The notes: a model not told the origin generated them from the letters alone. Counted from the stretch's first letter, positions 1 through 10,978 are shown. The stretch: 32,000 nt of DNA from Rhodobacter capsulatus SB 1003 (GCF_000021865.1 NC_014034.1:240001-272000), one strand, 5' to 3'. Numbers and translations are program-made.

Positions 1-407
1 AACCCGGCGAAGCCTCGATCACCAAATCGACGACGCTTGAGGTCACGGTTCTCGACCTGCTCGACAATGGCAAGCAACTGGCCATCGTCGACAGCTCGAT
101 CGAAGCGCATATGCTTGATCTGCTGATCTACCGCGAAAGCGCGAAGCTGCCGCAGGAGGGCGATCACGCCTATCAGATCTGCGGCAAGTCCTGCCTTGCG
201 GGCGACATCTTCGGGGAAGCGCGGTTCCCCGCGCCGCTGAAGGTCGGTGACCGCATCTCGGTTGCGGATGCGGCAGGCTACACCATGGTGAAGAAGAACT
301 GGTTCAACGGCGTCAACATGCCGTCGATCGCGATCAAACGCGCTTCGGGCCAGATCGATCTGATCCGCGAGTTCACCTACGAGGATTACCTCTCATCCCT
401 GTCCTGA
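1..407 (+). CDS. nspC: carboxynorspermidine/carboxyspermidine decarboxylase, C-terminal part (5' end lies outside the window)
   Basis: The frame starting at nt 3 is open from the window edge to TGA 405-407. The C-terminal sequence (ICGKSCLAGDIFGEARF...GYTMVKKNWFNGVNMPSIAI) matches the NspC-type PLP decarboxylase C-terminus. Its usual partner dehydrogenase follows 46 nt downstream. Confidence 0.8.
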   Translation, partial: PGEASITKSTTLEVTVLDLLDNGKQLAIVDSSIEAHMLDLLIYRESAKLPQEGDHAYQICGKSCLAGDIFGEARFPAPLKVGDRISVADAAGYTMVKKNWFNGVNMPSIAIKRASGQIDLIREFTYEDYLSSLS

Positions 408-453
408 GGGGCTGATCGCCCCCTTCCCTGTCTCGTGAAAGGAGCCAGAAGAA

Positions 454-1689
454 GTGAAGAAGAACGTGCTTATCATCGGTGCCGGTGGCGTCGCGCAGGT
501 GGTTGCCCACAAATGCGCGCAACACAACGACATTCTGGGTGACCTGCACATCGCATCGCGCACGGCCGCGAAATGCGACGCCATCATCGCCTCGGTGCAC
601 GAGAAGAACGCGATGAAGGTGCAAGGCACGTTCACGGCGCATGCCGTCGATGCGATGGACACGGCGGCGGTGGCCGCGCTGATCCGTCAGACCGGGGCGC
701 AGATCGTCATCAACGTCGGCTCCTCCTTCGTCAACATGACGGTGCTTGAGGCCTGCATCGAGACCGGCGTCGCCTATATGGACACGGCGATTCACGAAGA
801 CCCGAAGAAGATCTGCGAAGCGCCGCCGTGGTATGGCAACTACGAATGGCAGCGGCGCGAGGCCTGCAAGGCCGCGGGCGTGACCGCGATTCTGGGGGTG
901 GGCTTCGATCCGGGCGTGGTGAATGCCTATGTGCGGCTGGCCGAGGAAGAATTCCTCGACACGATCGAGAGCATCGACATCGTCGATATCAACGCCGGAT
1001 CGCATGGCCGCTGGTTCGCGACGAATTTCGACCCCGAGATCAACTTCCGCGAATTCACCGGCACGGTCTATTCCTGGCAAAAGGGCGCCTGGCAGACGAA
1101 CAAAATGTTCGAAGTGGGCAAGGAATGGGATCTGCCCGTCGTCGGCACGCAGAAAGCTTACCTCACCGGCCATGACGAGGTGCATTCGCTGTCCGCCCGG
1201 TATCCGGGGGCAGACGTGCGCTTCTGGATGGGCTTTGGCGATCACTACATCAACGTCTTCACCGTGCTGAAAAACCTTGGGCTGCTCTCGGAAAAGCCGG
1301 TGAAAACCGCCGAGGGGCAGGAGGTGATCCCGCTCAAGGTGGTGAAGGCCGTGCTGCCCGATCCGGCCAGCCTTGCGCCCGATTATGTGGGCAAGACCTG
1401 CATCGGCGACGTGATCCGCGGCACGAAAGACGGCAAACCGGCCGAGGTCTTCCTCTATAACGTCGCCGATCACAAGGAAGCCTATGAAGAGGTGGGAAGC
1501 CAGGGCATTTCCTACACCGCGGGCGTGCCGCCGGTCGCCGCCGCGATCCTGATTGCCAAGGGCATCTGGGACGTCGGTCACATGGCCAACGTCGAAGAGC
1601 TGCCGCCGCGGCCCTTCCTGGAACTTCTGGGCGAGATGGGCCTGCCGAACCGGGTCATCGACGCCAGCGGGCAAGATCGCCCGATCTGA
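454..1689 (+). CDS. carboxynorspermidine/carboxyspermidine dehydrogenase (saccharopine dehydrogenase family)
   Basis: 411-aa ORF with a GTG start and GGAG 10 nt upstream. N-terminal Rossmann motif VLIIGAGGVAQ. Overall resemblance to the saccharopine-dehydrogenase-like CANSDH family. Adjacent to nspC. Confidence 0.8.
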   Translation: MKKNVLIIGAGGVAQVVAHKCAQHNDILGDLHIASRTAAKCDAIIASVHEKNAMKVQGTFTAHAVDAMDTAAVAALIRQTGAQIVINVGSSFVNMTVLEACIETGVAYMDTAIHEDPKKICEAPPWYGNYEWQRREACKAAGVTAILGVGFDPGVVNAYVRLAEEEFLDTIESIDIVDINAGSHGRWFATNFDPEINFREFTGTVYSWQKGAWQTNKMFEVGKEWDLPVVGTQKAYLTGHDEVHSLSARYPGADVRFWMGFGDHYINVFTVLKNLGLLSEKPVKTAEGQEVIPLKVVKAVLPDPASLAPDYVGKTCIGDVIRGTKDGKPAEVFLYNVADHKEAYEEVGSQGISYTAGVPPVAAAILIAKGIWDVGHMANVEELPPRPFLELLGEMGLPNRVIDASGQDRPI

Positions 1690-1711
1690 ACCCCCCGACC
1701 AGACCGAAGAC

Positions 1712-1744
1712 ACCCCGGGCCGCATCGGTCCGGGGTTCTGCTTT
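1712..1744 (+). terminator. intrinsic terminator after the polyamine gene pair
   Basis: ACCCCGGGCC / GGTCCGGGGT stem of 10 bp with one G-T wobble and loop GCATC, followed by the T-rich tail TCTGCTTT. Confidence 0.5.
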
Positions 1745-1758
1745 CCCCCCTTGGCCCC

Positions 1759-1787
1759 TTGAGATACGGGCGAAAACGCACTAGACC
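1759..1787 (+). promoter_or_regulatory. candidate sigma70-type promoter for argG
   Basis: TTGAGA-N17-TAGACC located about 30 nt upstream of the argG GGAGG/ATG. The -10 element is weak. Confidence 0.25.
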
Positions 1788-1817
1788 CGCGCGAAACCGC
1801 AGTTCCGGAGGCTCCTC

Positions 1818-3047
1818 ATGTCTGCTCCCAAGAAAGTCGTGCTTGCCTATTCGGGCGGCCTTGACACCTCGATCATCCTGAAATGGCTGCAGACCGAATA
1901 CGGCTGCGAGGTCATCACCTTCACCGCCGATCTGGGGCAGGGCGAGGAGCTGGAACCGGCCCGCGCCAAGGCCGAGCTGATGGGGATCAAAAAGGAAAAC
2001 ATCCACATCGTCGACGTGCGCGAGGAATTCGTGCGCGACTTCGTCTTCCCGATGTTCCGGGCGAATGCGCTGTACGAGGGGCTTTATCTGCTCGGCACCT
2101 CGATTGCGCGGCCGCTGATCTCGAAACATCTGGTCGAGATCGCGCAGAAGCACGGCGCCGATGCGGTGGCGCATGGCGCGACCGGCAAGGGCAACGATCA
2201 GGTGCGGTTCGAGCTGTCGGCGGCGGCGCTCGACCCGTCGATCCGGGTGATCGCGCCGTGGCGGCTGTGGGATCTGACCTCGCGCACGAAGCTTCTGGAA
2301 TTCGCCGAGGCGAACCAGATCCCGATCGCCAAGGACAAGCGCGGCGAGGCGCCCTTCTCGGTCGATGCGAACCTTTTGCACACCTCGTCCGAAGGCCGCG
2401 TGCTGGAAGACCCGGCGCAGGAATTCCCGAACTACGTGCTGCAGCGCGTCGTGCCGGTCGAAGAGGCCCCCGACACGCCCGAGATGGTCGAGATCACCTT
2501 CGAGCGCGGCGATGCCGTCGCGATCAATGGCGAGGCGATGTCGCCCGCGACGATCCTTGCGAAACTGAACGAGATCGGCGGCAAGCATGGCGTCGGCGTG
2601 CTCGATCTGGTGGAAAACCGCTTCGTCGGCATGAAATCGCGCGGCGTCTATGAGACCCCCGGCGGCACGATCCTTCTGGAAGCCCACCGCGGCATCGAGC
2701 AGATCACGCTCGACGCGGGCGCCGGTCACCTGAAGGACAGCATCATGCCGCGCTATGCGGAGCTGATCTACAACGGCTTCTGGTTCAGCCCCGAACGCGA
2801 GGCGCTGCAGGCGCTGATCGACAAGACGCAGGAACATGTCTCGGGCACGGTGCGGGTCAAGCTTTACAAGGGCAAGGCCTCGACCGTCGCGCGCTGGTCC
2901 GATCACAGCCTCTATTCCGAAAAGCACGTCACCTTCGAGGAAGACGCGGGCGCCTACGATCAAAAGGACGCGGCGGGCTTCATTCGTCTGAACGCGCTGC
3001 GGCTGCGCCTCATTGCCACCCGCAACGCGCGCGTGGCGCAAAAATGA
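1818..3047 (+). CDS. argG: argininosuccinate synthase
   Basis: 409 aa. N-terminal ATP pyrophosphatase motif AYSGGLDTS. Family-typical sequence throughout. GGAGG lies 6 nt upstream of the ATG. Confidence 0.97.
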   Translation: MSAPKKVVLAYSGGLDTSIILKWLQTEYGCEVITFTADLGQGEELEPARAKAELMGIKKENIHIVDVREEFVRDFVFPMFRANALYEGLYLLGTSIARPLISKHLVEIAQKHGADAVAHGATGKGNDQVRFELSAAALDPSIRVIAPWRLWDLTSRTKLLEFAEANQIPIAKDKRGEAPFSVDANLLHTSSEGRVLEDPAQEFPNYVLQRVVPVEEAPDTPEMVEITFERGDAVAINGEAMSPATILAKLNEIGGKHGVGVLDLVENRFVGMKSRGVYETPGGTILLEAHRGIEQITLDAGAGHLKDSIMPRYAELIYNGFWFSPEREALQALIDKTQEHVSGTVRVKLYKGKASTVARWSDHSLYSEKHVTFEEDAGAYDQKDAAGFIRLNALRLRLIATRNARVAQK

Positions 3048-3571
3048 CGGCACGGGTTGCCATCGTCACCGTCTCCGACCGCGCCTCGCGCGGGGAGTAT
3101 GAGGACAAGGGCGGGCCGGGCTGCGAAGACTGGCTGAGGGGTGTCGTCACGACACCCCTTTCCATTTCCCGGGTGATCATCCCCGACGGCCGCGACAGCG
3201 TCGCCGACTGCCTGCGCGGCTTCGTGACCGAGGGGGTCGATCTGATCCTGGTCACCGGCGGCACCGGCCCGGCACCGCGGGACGAAACGCCCGAAGGCGC
3301 GGCGCAGGTGATCGAAAAGGAACTGGCCGGTTTCGGCGAGGAAATGCGGCGGGCATCGCTGCGGGAAGTGCCGACCGCGATCCTCTCGCGCCAGTCGGCG
3401 GGGATTGCGGGCAAAAGCCTGATCCTCACCCTGCCCGGCAATCCGCGCGCGATCGCGACCTGTCTGAATGCGGTCTTTGCCGCCGTGCCCTATTGCCTTG
3501 ATCTGATCGGGGCCGGGCATATCGACACCGATCCGGCGAAAATCGCGGCGTTTCGCCCGAAGACGAAGTAA
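3044..3571 (+). CDS. mog: molybdopterin adenylyltransferase (MogA-type molybdenum cofactor biosynthesis protein)
   Basis: 175 aa. ATGA start/stop overlap with argG. Motifs [19 protein letters not shown] and a C-terminal AAFRPK, as in E. coli MogA. Confidence 0.9.
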   Translation: MTARVAIVTVSDRASRGEYEDKGGPGCEDWLRGVVTTPLSISRVIIPDGRDSVADCLRGFVTEGVDLILVTGGTGPAPRDETPEGAAQVIEKELAGFGEEMRRASLREVPTAILSRQSAGIAGKSLILTLPGNPRAIATCLNAVFAAVPYCLDLIGAGHIDTDPAKIAAFRPKTK

Positions 3572-3572
3572 A

Positions 3573-3688
3573 AGGGGGCGCTGCCCCCTCTGGCTTCGCC
3601 ATTCACCCCCGGGATATTTGAGGCAAGATAAAGGAGCCTGTTTTATCTTGCCTCAAATGTCCCGGGGGCCTGGGGGCAGCGCCCCCAG
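3573..3688. repeat. composite palindromic intergenic element that exactly fills the mog/ubiG convergent spacer
   Basis: A 27-bp inverted repeat (3606-3632 versus 3642-3668, one mismatch, 9-nt loop GGAGCCTGT). It is flanked by two GC hairpins with 3-nt loops: 3573-3589 (AGGGGGC-GCT-GCCCCCT) and 3670-3688 (CTGGGGGC-AGC-GCCCCCAG). A related half-copy sits at 23034-23092. Confidence 0.85.
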
Positions 3689-3690
3689 CC

Positions 3691-4434
3691 TTAGCGTTTC
3701 ACGCAGGCGGCGGCGTAGTTCACGCTGAGATCGCGCGACGACAGTGACCAGCTCCAGCCCAAGGGATTGAACACCATCCCCTTGCGGTCGATCGGATCAA
3801 GCCCCGCCTTGCGCATCAGCTCGTAAAGCTCGTCCGGTGTCACGAATTTCGACCAGTCATGCGTGCCGACGGGCAGCCAGCGCATCACCCGTTCCGCGCC
3901 GAAAATCGCCATGACATAGCTTTTCGGATTGCGGTTCAGCGTCGACATGATCATCAGCCCGCCCGATTTCAGCAGGGCCGCGCAGGTGTCGGTGAAGCCC
4001 TGCGTATCCGAGACATGTTCGATGATCTCCATCGCCAGCACGACGTCGAACCGCTCGCCCGCCGCGGCCAGATCCTCGGCGGCGCAGTTGCGGTAATCGA
4101 TCGTCAGGCCGGATTGTTCGGCGTGAAGCTTCGCCACCGGAATGTTCTTCGGCGCGGCATCGGCGCCGACCACGGTCGCGCCCAGCCGCGCCATCGGTTC
4201 GGCCAGAAGCCCGCCGCCGCAGCCGATATCCAGAAGCCGCAGCCCCTCGAAGGGCCTCGGGGCGCGCAGATCGCGACCGAACTGCGCCGCGATCTGGGTG
4301 GTGATATAATCCAGACGGCAGGGGTTCAGCATGTGCAGCGGCTTGAACTTGCCGTTCGGGTCCCACCACTCGGCCGCCATCGCCTCGAATTTCGCCACCT
4401 CGGCGGGGTCGATTGTCTTCGTTGCGGTTTCCAT
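3691..4434 (-). CDS. ubiG: bifunctional 3-demethylubiquinol 3-O-methyltransferase / 2-polyprenyl-6-hydroxyphenol methylase
   Basis: 247 aa. SAM-binding motif [15 protein letters not shown]-terminal [19 protein letters not shown] is typical of UbiG. GGAGG lies 5 nt upstream of the ATG. Confidence 0.95.
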   Translation of the reverse strand: METATKTIDPAEVAKFEAMAAEWWDPNGKFKPLHMLNPCRLDYITTQIAAQFGRDLRAPRPFEGLRLLDIGCGGGLLAEPMARLGATVVGADAAPKNIPVAKLHAEQSGLTIDYRNCAAEDLAAAGERFDVVLAMEIIEHVSDTQGFTDTCAALLKSGGLMIMSTLNRNPKSYVMAIFGAERVMRWLPVGTHDWSKFVTPDELYELMRKAGLDPIDRKGMVFNPLGWSWSLSSRDLSVNYAAACVKR

Positions 4435-4503
4435 GCCATCCTCCGGTCAACTTTTGGGTTGCGCCCCATGGCGGGGGCGGTCGAGCCGTTATATAGTGCA
4501 GTC

Positions 4504-5475
4504 ATGGACAAGAACGCAGGGCAAAAGCGCACGGCAAGCGCCTTTCTCTATCCGCCGGTCGAGCCTTTCGACCAGCGGATGATCGACGTCGGTTTCGGCC
4601 ATCAGATCTATGTCGAGCAATCGGGCAATCCGCGCGGCCGGCCGGTCGTGGTCTGTCACGGCGGACCGGGGGGCGGCTGCAGCCCGGCGATGCGGCGCTA
4701 TTTCGACCCCGCGCATTATCGCATCGTGCTGTTCGACCAGCGCGGCTGCGGGCTGTCCAAACCCCATGCCTCGGTCGGTCACAACACCACCTGGGATCTG
4801 ATCGCCGACATGGAGCGGATCCGCACCGAGCTGGGCATTTCCGACTGGATCGTCTTTGGCGGCAGCTGGGGGGCGACGCTCAGCCTGCTTTACGCCCAGA
4901 CCTATCCCGACCGGGTGCAGGCGCTGGTGCTGCGCGGCGTGTTCCTGGCGCTGAAATCCGAGCTTGACTGGTTCTATGGCGGCGGCGCCGGGCAGTTCTT
5001 CCCCGATCTGTGGACGCAGTTCATCGCCCCCATCCCCGAGGGTGAGCGCGGCGATCTGATTGCCGCCTATCACAAGCGGCTGTTTTCCGGCGACTACCTG
5101 CAGGAGGCCCGCTTTGCCCGCCATTGGGCGATGTGGGAAAACGCGCTCGCCTCGGTCGATTACGACGGTTTCCCGGGGGAATCGCCGCCCGATTACGCCC
5201 ATGCCTTCGCGCGGCTGGAAAACCACTTCTTCATGAACCGCGCCTTCCTTGAGGAAGACGGCCAGATCCTGCGCGACCGGCCGCGGATCGAACATATCCC
5301 GACGGTGATCGTGCAGGGGCGGATGGACATGATCTGCCCGCCGATCTCGGCCTGGCGGCTGGCGCATGGCTGGAAGAAATGCGAACTGCGCATCGTGCCC
5401 GCCGCGGGTCACGCCCTGAGCGAGCCGGGGATCACCGCCGGGCTTGTCGCGGTGATGGACCGGATGCGGGGGTGA
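4504..5475 (+). CDS. pip: prolyl aminopeptidase (proline iminopeptidase)
   Basis: Alpha/beta hydrolase with HGGPGGG and the GGSWG nucleophile elbow, plus an N-terminal LYPPVEP motif. The long ORF 3859..5475 overlaps ubiG antisense, so the start was moved to the internal ATG 4504. ATG 4468 is an alternative. Neither candidate has a clear SD sequence. Confidence 0.85.
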   Translation: MDKNAGQKRTASAFLYPPVEPFDQRMIDVGFGHQIYVEQSGNPRGRPVVVCHGGPGGGCSPAMRRYFDPAHYRIVLFDQRGCGLSKPHASVGHNTTWDLIADMERIRTELGISDWIVFGGSWGATLSLLYAQTYPDRVQALVLRGVFLALKSELDWFYGGGAGQFFPDLWTQFIAPIPEGERGDLIAAYHKRLFSGDYLQEARFARHWAMWENALASVDYDGFPGESPPDYAHAFARLENHFFMNRAFLEEDGQILRDRPRIEHIPTVIVQGRMDMICPPISAWRLAHGWKKCELRIVPAAGHALSEPGITAGLVAVMDRMRG

Positions 5476-5488
5476 GCCCAGAGAAAGC

Positions 5489-5517
5489 TTGCAACATGAG
5501 GGCGATTCGCCTATATG
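5489..5517 (+). promoter_or_regulatory. candidate sigma70-type promoter of the rimP-nusA-ylxR-infB operon leader
   Basis: TTGCAA (5489-5494)-N17-TATATG (5512-5517). The spacer contains the 11-nt palindrome GGCGATTCGCC, which includes a GANTC site. Confidence 0.35.
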
Positions 5518-5571
5518 CAATGCAACAGCGGCGTTTCGGGGTCCAAACCTGAAGCCCACCGGATCCATGTC

Positions 5572-5600
5572 ACGGGCCGCTCGGGCCCGTTTTTTGTTTT
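5572..5600 (+). terminator. intrinsic terminator in the rimP leader (possible attenuator)
   Basis: ACGGGCC-GCTCG-GGCCCGT stem of 7 bp followed by TTTTTGTTTT. It ends 11 nt before the rimP ATG. Confidence 0.6.
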
Positions 5601-5611
5601 CAGGGATCGGA

Positions 5612-6211
5612 ATGACCGACCTCATCGCCAAGACCGGCATCGACCGGCGTCTCGCCGACATCATCGGCCCCACCATCGAAGGTCTCGGCTTCGAGCTGGT
5701 CCGCATCCGCATGCAGGGCGGACGGCATCCGCTGCTGCAGATCATGGCCGACCGCCCCGAGGGCGGCATCGACGTCGACGATTGCGGCGCGATCTCGACC
5801 GCGGTTTCCGCCGTGCTTGATGTCGAAGACCCGATCGAGGAAAAATACACGCTGGAAGTGTCCTCCCCCGGGATCGACCGTCCGCTGACCCGGTTGAAGG
5901 ATTTCGACGTCTGGGAGGGCTACGAGGCCCGGATCGAGACCGAGGAACAGATCGACGGGCGCAAGCGCTTCAAGGGCATCCTGCGCGGCACCGAAGACGA
6001 CGAAGTGCTGATCGAGATCGAAAATCAGGGCGAACAGGTCACCATCGGCCTGAAGTTCGACTGGCTTTCGGATGCGAAACTGATCCTGACCGACGAGCTG
6101 ATCGCCGAGATGCTGCGCCAGCGCAAGGCCGCGGGCATCATCGACGAAGACCAGTTCGACGAGATCCAAACCGAAGACGACGACCAGACTTCCCCCGACG
6201 AGGAGACCTGA
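5612..6211 (+). CDS. rimP: ribosome maturation factor RimP
   Basis: Internal ATG of ORF 5489..6211. Contains the [11 protein letters not shown] motif and an acidic C-terminal tail. Sits immediately upstream of nusA, as is usual. Confidence 0.9.
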   Translation: MTDLIAKTGIDRRLADIIGPTIEGLGFELVRIRMQGGRHPLLQIMADRPEGGIDVDDCGAISTAVSAVLDVEDPIEEKYTLEVSSPGIDRPLTRLKDFDVWEGYEARIETEEQIDGRKRFKGILRGTEDDEVLIEIENQGEQVTIGLKFDWLSDAKLILTDELIAEMLRQRKAAGIIDEDQFDEIQTEDDDQTSPDEET

Positions 6212-6214
6212 CAG

Positions 6215-7825
6215 ATGGCAATCACCTCTGCCAACCAGCTCGAGCTTTTGCAGACCGCCGAGGCGGTGGCCCGCGAGAAGATGATCGACCCCGATCTGGT
6301 GATCCAGGCGATGGAAGACAGTCTCGCCCGGGCGGCGAAGTCGCGCTATGGCTCGGAAATGGACATCCGCGTGAAGATCGACCGCAAGACCGGTCGTGCC
6401 AGCTTCACCCGGGTTCGCACCGTCGTCGAAGATGAGGCCGTCGAGAATTACCAGGCGCAGCTGACCGTTGCCCAGGCGAAGCAATACAAGACCAATCCGC
6501 AGCTCGGCGACGAGATCGTCGACGAAGTGCCGCCGGTCGATCTGGGCCGGATCGCGGCGCAATCGGCGAAACAGGTGATCTTGCAAAAGGTCCGCGAGGC
6601 CGAGCGCGATCGTCAGTTCGACGAATTCAAGGATCGCAAGGGCACGATCATCAACGGCGTCGTCAAGCGCGAGGAATACGGCAACATCATCGTCGACATC
6701 GGTCGCGGCGAGGCCATCCTGCGCCGCAACGAAAAGATCGGCCGCGAAAGCTATCGTCCGAACGACCGCATCCGCGCCTATGTGAAGGACGTCCGCCGCG
6801 AGACCCGGGGCCCGCAAGTGTTCCTGAGCCGCACCGATCCGCAGTTCATGGCGGAACTCTTCAAGATGGAAGTGCCGGAGATCTATGACGGCATCATCGA
6901 GATCAAGGCCGTGGCCCGCGACCCGGGCTCGCGCGCGAAGATCGCGGTGATCTCGAACGACAATTCGATCGACCCGGTCGGCGCCTGCGTCGGTATGCGC
7001 GGGAGCCGCGTGCAGGCCGTGGTGGGCGAGCTGCAGGGCGAAAAGATCGACATCATTCCGTGGAACGCCGATGCGGCCACCTTCCTGGTGAACGCGCTGC
7101 AACCGGCCGAAGTGGCCAAGGTGGTGATCGACGAGGAAGCGGGCAAGATCGAAGTGGTGGTGCCCGATGAGCAGCTGTCGCTGGCCATCGGCCGTCGCGG
7201 GCAGAACGTGCGTCTGGCCAGCCAGCTGACCGGGCTCGACATCGACATCCTGACCGAGGCCGAGGAATCGTCGCGCCGTCAGGCCGAATTCGCCGAGCGC
7301 ACGAAACTGTTCGTCGATGCGCTGGATCTGGACGAATTCTTCGCCCAGCTGCTGGTCGCCGAAGGCTTCACCAATCTGGAAGAAGTCGCCTATGTCGATC
7401 TGGATGAACTCCTGTCGATCGAAGGCGTCGATGACGGCACCGCCGAGGAGTTGCAGGCCCGCGCCCGCGATTACATCGAGGCGCAGAACGCCAAGGCGAT
7501 CGCCGCCGCGAAAGAGCTGGGGGTCGAGGACTCGCTGTTCAACTTCGAGGGCCTGACGCCGCAGATGATCGAGGCGCTGGCCAAGGACGACGTCAAGACG
7601 CTGGAAGATTTCGCCACCTGCGCCGACTGGGAACTGGCTGGCGGCTGGACCACGGTGAACGGCGCCCGCGTCAAGGACGAGGGCATCCTCGAGAAATTCG
7701 GGATGAGCCTGGAAGATGCGCAAAAGCTGATCATGACGGCGCGGATCCAGCTGGGCTGGGTCGACATTTCGGAGCTTGAAGCCGAAGACGCGACCGAAAC
7801 CGACGAAGACGAAACCGAGGAATGA
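6215..7825 (+). CDS. nusA: transcription termination/antitermination factor NusA
   Basis: 536 aa. Has an S1 region and KH domains ([16 protein letters not shown]) plus C-terminal acidic repeats. GAGGAG lies upstream of the start, which is 3 nt after the rimP stop. Confidence 0.97.
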   Translation: MAITSANQLELLQTAEAVAREKMIDPDLVIQAMEDSLARAAKSRYGSEMDIRVKIDRKTGRASFTRVRTVVEDEAVENYQAQLTVAQAKQYKTNPQLGDEIVDEVPPVDLGRIAAQSAKQVILQKVREAERDRQFDEFKDRKGTIINGVVKREEYGNIIVDIGRGEAILRRNEKIGRESYRPNDRIRAYVKDVRRETRGPQVFLSRTDPQFMAELFKMEVPEIYDGIIEIKAVARDPGSRAKIAVISNDNSIDPVGACVGMRGSRVQAVVGELQGEKIDIIPWNADAATFLVNALQPAEVAKVVIDEEAGKIEVVVPDEQLSLAIGRRGQNVRLASQLTGLDIDILTEAEESSRRQAEFAERTKLFVDALDLDEFFAQLLVAEGFTNLEEVAYVDLDELLSIEGVDDGTAEELQARARDYIEAQNAKAIAAAKELGVEDSLFNFEGLTPQMIEALAKDDVKTLEDFATCADWELAGGWTTVNGARVKDEGILEKFGMSLEDAQKLIMTARIQLGWVDISELEAEDATETDEDETEE

Positions 7826-7826
7826 G

Positions 7827-8456
7827 ATGAGCCGCGGCGGCAAGGACAAGGACAACGAGGATCCGGAACGGCGCTGCATCGTCACGGGCGATGTCGGGCC
7901 GAAGCTCGGCCTTGTGCGCTTTGTCCTTGGCCCCGATGGCATGATCTACCCGGATCTGGCCGAAAAGCTTCCCGGCCGGGGCATCTGGGTGACGTCGGAC
8001 CGCGCCGTGCTGGAAAAGGCGGTCGCCAAGGGGCTGTTCGCCCGCGCCGCAAGGTCGCAGGTGAAGCTGCCCGAGAACCTGTGTCAGCTGGTCGAAGACG
8101 GGCTGGCGCAGCGGGTGGTGGAGCTGGTATCCTTGAGCCGGAAGACCGGCCATGCGGTCTGCGGCTTCGAAAAGGTCAAGGGCTGGCTGGCGGATGGCAA
8201 GGCCAAGGTGCTGTTTCAGGCCTCGGACGGATCGGAACGCGGCAAGGGCAAGCTTTGGACACCGCCCGGCGGGCGCTGGTTCGGCTGCCTGACGGCCTCG
8301 GAATTGGGTTTGGCTTTTGGCCGCGACCATGCCATACACGGCGCGCTTGCGGCTGGGGGACTCACCCCGCGTGTAATCAGAGAAGCGGCAAGGCTTGCAG
8401 GTTTGCGCAAGCAGGACGGCGGCGATACCGCCATGAAGGATACGAAGACGGCATGA
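7827..8456 (+). CDS. YlxR/DUF448 RNA-binding protein fused to an L7Ae-like domain
   Basis: The ATG lies 1 nt after the nusA stop. Contains the RRCIVTG motif of DUF448. The conserved position between nusA and infB supports the call. Its stop overlaps the infB start (ATGA). Confidence 0.85.
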   Translation: MSRGGKDKDNEDPERRCIVTGDVGPKLGLVRFVLGPDGMIYPDLAEKLPGRGIWVTSDRAVLEKAVAKGLFARAARSQVKLPENLCQLVEDGLAQRVVELVSLSRKTGHAVCGFEKVKGWLADGKAKVLFQASDGSERGKGKLWTPPGGRWFGCLTASELGLAFGRDHAIHGALAAGGLTPRVIREAARLAGLRKQDGGDTAMKDTKTA

Positions 8457-10978
8457 GCGATACGGACGGCAAAAAACCCCTCGGTCTTGGCGGCGCCCGC
8501 CCCGGTTCGGTGAAGCAGAGCTTCAGCCACGGACGCACGAAAAATGTGGTGGTCGAAACCAAGCGCAAGAAGGTGGTGGTGCCGAAACCCGGTTCGGCCC
8601 CTGCCAAACCGGCCGGCTCGCCCGCGCTGGGCGATCCTTCGCGGCGTCCTGCGGGCATCTCGGATGCCGAGATGGAACGCCGTCTGAGGGCGCTGCAGGC
8701 CGCGAAGATCCGCGAGGTCGAAGAGGCCGCGCAACGTGTCGCCGAGGAAAAGGCGCGCGAGGAAGAACGCGAACGCCGCCGCGCCGAGGCCGAGGCCAAG
8801 GAACGCGAAGAGCGCGAACGCGAGGAAGCGCTGCGGCTGAAGGCCGAGGAAGAGGAACGCAAGGCCCGCGAGGCCGAACTGCGGGCCCAGCGCAAGGAAG
8901 AGGTCCGGGCGAAGCCGGTCGCCAAGCCCGCTCCGGCCGATCCGGCCGCGGCCGAGGCTGCCGCCGCGCGTGCCGCGACCAAGGGCGTGTCGAACACCGG
9001 CCCGCGCAAGACCGACCGCGACCGTGACGACCGCAATGCCACCCCCGACCGCAACAGCAAGGCGGCCAAGGGCGGCGACGAGGGCCGTCGTGCCGGCAAG
9101 CTGAGCCTGTCGGACATCGAGGGCGAAGGCGGGCGGCAGCGCTCGCTCGCCGCGATGAAGCGCAAGCAGGAAAAGGCCCGGCAAAAGGCGATGGGCTTCG
9201 GCCAGAAAGCCGAAAAGATGGTCCGCGACGTGCAGTTGCCGGAAACCATCGTGGTGTCCGAGCTGGCGATCCGGATGGCCGAACGCGCGGCCGACGTGAT
9301 CAAGGCGCTGATGAAGATGGGCATGATGGTCACCGCGAACCAGGCCATCGACGCCGACACGGCCGAGCTGATCATCGAGGAATTCGGCCACCGCGCCGTC
9401 CGCGTCTCGGATGCGGATGTCGAACAGGTGATCGACACCGTCGAGGACAAGGCCGAAGACCTGCAATCGCGCCCGCCGATCATCACGATCATGGGCCACG
9501 TCGACCACGGCAAGACCTCGCTTCTGGATGCCATCCGTCACGCCAATGTGGTGTCGGGCGAAGCGGGCGGGATCACCCAGCACATCGGCGCCTATCAGGT
9601 GACGACGGATTCGGGCGCGGTTCTGACCTTCCTTGACACCCCCGGCCACGCCGCCTTCACCTCGATGCGGGCCCGTGGCGCGCAGGTGACGGATATCGTC
9701 GTGCTGGTGGTGGCCGCCGATGACGCGGTGATGCCGCAGACGGTCGAGGCGATCAACCACGCCAAGGCCGCCAAGGTGCCGATGATCGTGGCGATCAACA
9801 AGATCGACAAGCATGCGGCCAATCCGCAAAAGGTGCGGACCGACCTGCTGCAGCACGAAGTCGTCGTCGAAGAGATGGGCGGCGAGGTGCAGACGGTCGA
9901 AGTTTCGGCGAAGACCGGCTTCGGGCTCGACAAGCTGCTGGAAGCGATCGCGCTGCAGGCCGAGATCCTCGAGCTGCGCGCCAACCCCGGCCGTGCGGCG
10001 CAGGGTGCGGTGATCGAAGCGAAACTCGACGTCGGCCGTGGTCCGGTGGCGACGGTTCTGGTGCAGCACGGCACGCTGAAACGCGGCGACATCTTTGTGG
10101 TCGGCGAGCAGTGGGGCAAGGTGCGGGCGCTGGTCAACGACAAGGGCGAACGCGTCGACGAGGCCGGTCCGTCGGTTCCGGTCGAGGTTCTGGGCCTGAA
10201 CGGCACCCCGGAAGCGGGCGATGTGCTGAACGTGGTCGAGACCGAGGCGCAGGCGCGCGAGATCGCGGATTACCGCGAGAAAGCCGCCAAGGACAAGCGT
10301 GCCGCCGCGGGTGCTGCAACGACGCTGGAACAGCTGATGGCCAAGGCCAAGGCGGACGAGAATGTCTCGGAACTGCCGGTGCTGGTGAAGGCCGACGTGC
10401 AGGGCTCGGCCGAGGCGATCGCCCAGGCGCTGGAGAAGATCGGCAACGACGAGGTCCGCGTGCGGGTGCTGCATTCGGGCGTCGGCGCGATCACCGAAAG
10501 CGACGTCGGTCTGGCCGAGGCTTCGGGGGCGCCGGTGATCGGCTTCAACGTCCGGGCCAATGCGCCCGCGCGGGCGAGCGCGAACCAGAAGGGTGTCGAG
10601 ATCCGCTATTACTCGATCATCTATGATCTGGTGGATGACATCAAAGCCGCCGCCTCGGGCCTGCTGAAAAACGAAGTGCGCGAGAACTTCATCGGCTACG
10701 CCTCGATCAAGGAGGTCTTCAAGGTCTCCGGCGTCGGCAAGGTCGCCGGCTGTCTTGTCACCGAAGGCGTGGCCCGCCGGTCGGCTGGCGTGCGCCTGCT
10801 GCGCGACAACGTGGTGATCCACGAAGGCACGCTGAAGACGCTCAAGCGCTTCAAGGACGAGGTCAAGGAAGTGCAATCCGGTCAGGAATGCGGCATGGCC
10901 TTTGAGAACTACGACGACGTCCGCGCGGGCGATGTCATCGAAATCTTCGAGCGCGAGGAGGTCGAGCGCAAGCTCTGA
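8453..10978 (+). CDS. infB: translation initiation factor IF-2
   Basis: GTPase motifs [14 protein letters not shown] and NKID, with a charged Glu/Arg/Lys-rich N-terminal region. The start is set at [14 protein letters not shown]. The ORF-track start at 8081 overlaps the preceding ylxR-like gene (7827-8456) in another frame. Confidence 0.95.
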   Translation: MSDTDGKKPLGLGGARPGSVKQSFSHGRTKNVVVETKRKKVVVPKPGSAPAKPAGSPALGDPSRRPAGISDAEMERRLRALQAAKIREVEEAAQRVAEEKAREEERERRRAEAEAKEREEREREEALRLKAEEEERKAREAELRAQRKEEVRAKPVAKPAPADPAAAEAAAARAATKGVSNTGPRKTDRDRDDRNATPDRNSKAAKGGDEGRRAGKLSLSDIEGEGGRQRSLAAMKRKQEKARQKAMGFGQKAEKMVRDVQLPETIVVSELAIRMAERAADVIKALMKMGMMVTANQAIDADTAELIIEEFGHRAVRVSDADVEQVIDTVEDKAEDLQSRPPIITIMGHVDHGKTSLLDAIRHANVVSGEAGGITQHIGAYQVTTDSGAVLTFLDTPGHAAFTSMRARGAQVTDIVVLVVAADDAVMPQTVEAINHAKAAKVPMIVAINKIDKHAANPQKVRTDLLQHEVVVEEMGGEVQTVEVSAKTGFGLDKLLEAIALQAEILELRANPGRAAQGAVIEAKLDVGRGPVATVLVQHGTLKRGDIFVVGEQWGKVRALVNDKGERVDEAGPSVPVEVLGLNGTPEAGDVLNVVETEAQAREIADYREKAAKDKRAAAGAATTLEQLMAKAKADENVSELPVLVKADVQGSAEAIAQALEKIGNDEVRVRVLHSGVGAITESDVGLAEASGAPVIGFNVRANAPARASANQKGVEIRYYSIIYDLVDDIKAAASGLLKNEVRENFIGYASIKEVFKVSGVGKVAGCLVTEGVARRSAGVRLLRDNVVIHEGTLKTLKRFKDEVKEVQSGQECGMAFENYDDVRAGDVIEIFEREEVERKL

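Noticed and set aside
3859-4503. N-terminal extensions proposed by the ORF track for pip (3859), rimP (5489), ylxR (7776), infB (8081), dnaJ (20244), alkB (22081), waaA (27793), the isomerase (28878) and the LLM gene (31281).
   Set aside because: The extensions overlap neighbouring well-supported genes or promoter regions and lack family homology. Internal starts align with the conserved N-termini and with SD sequences or start/stop coupling.
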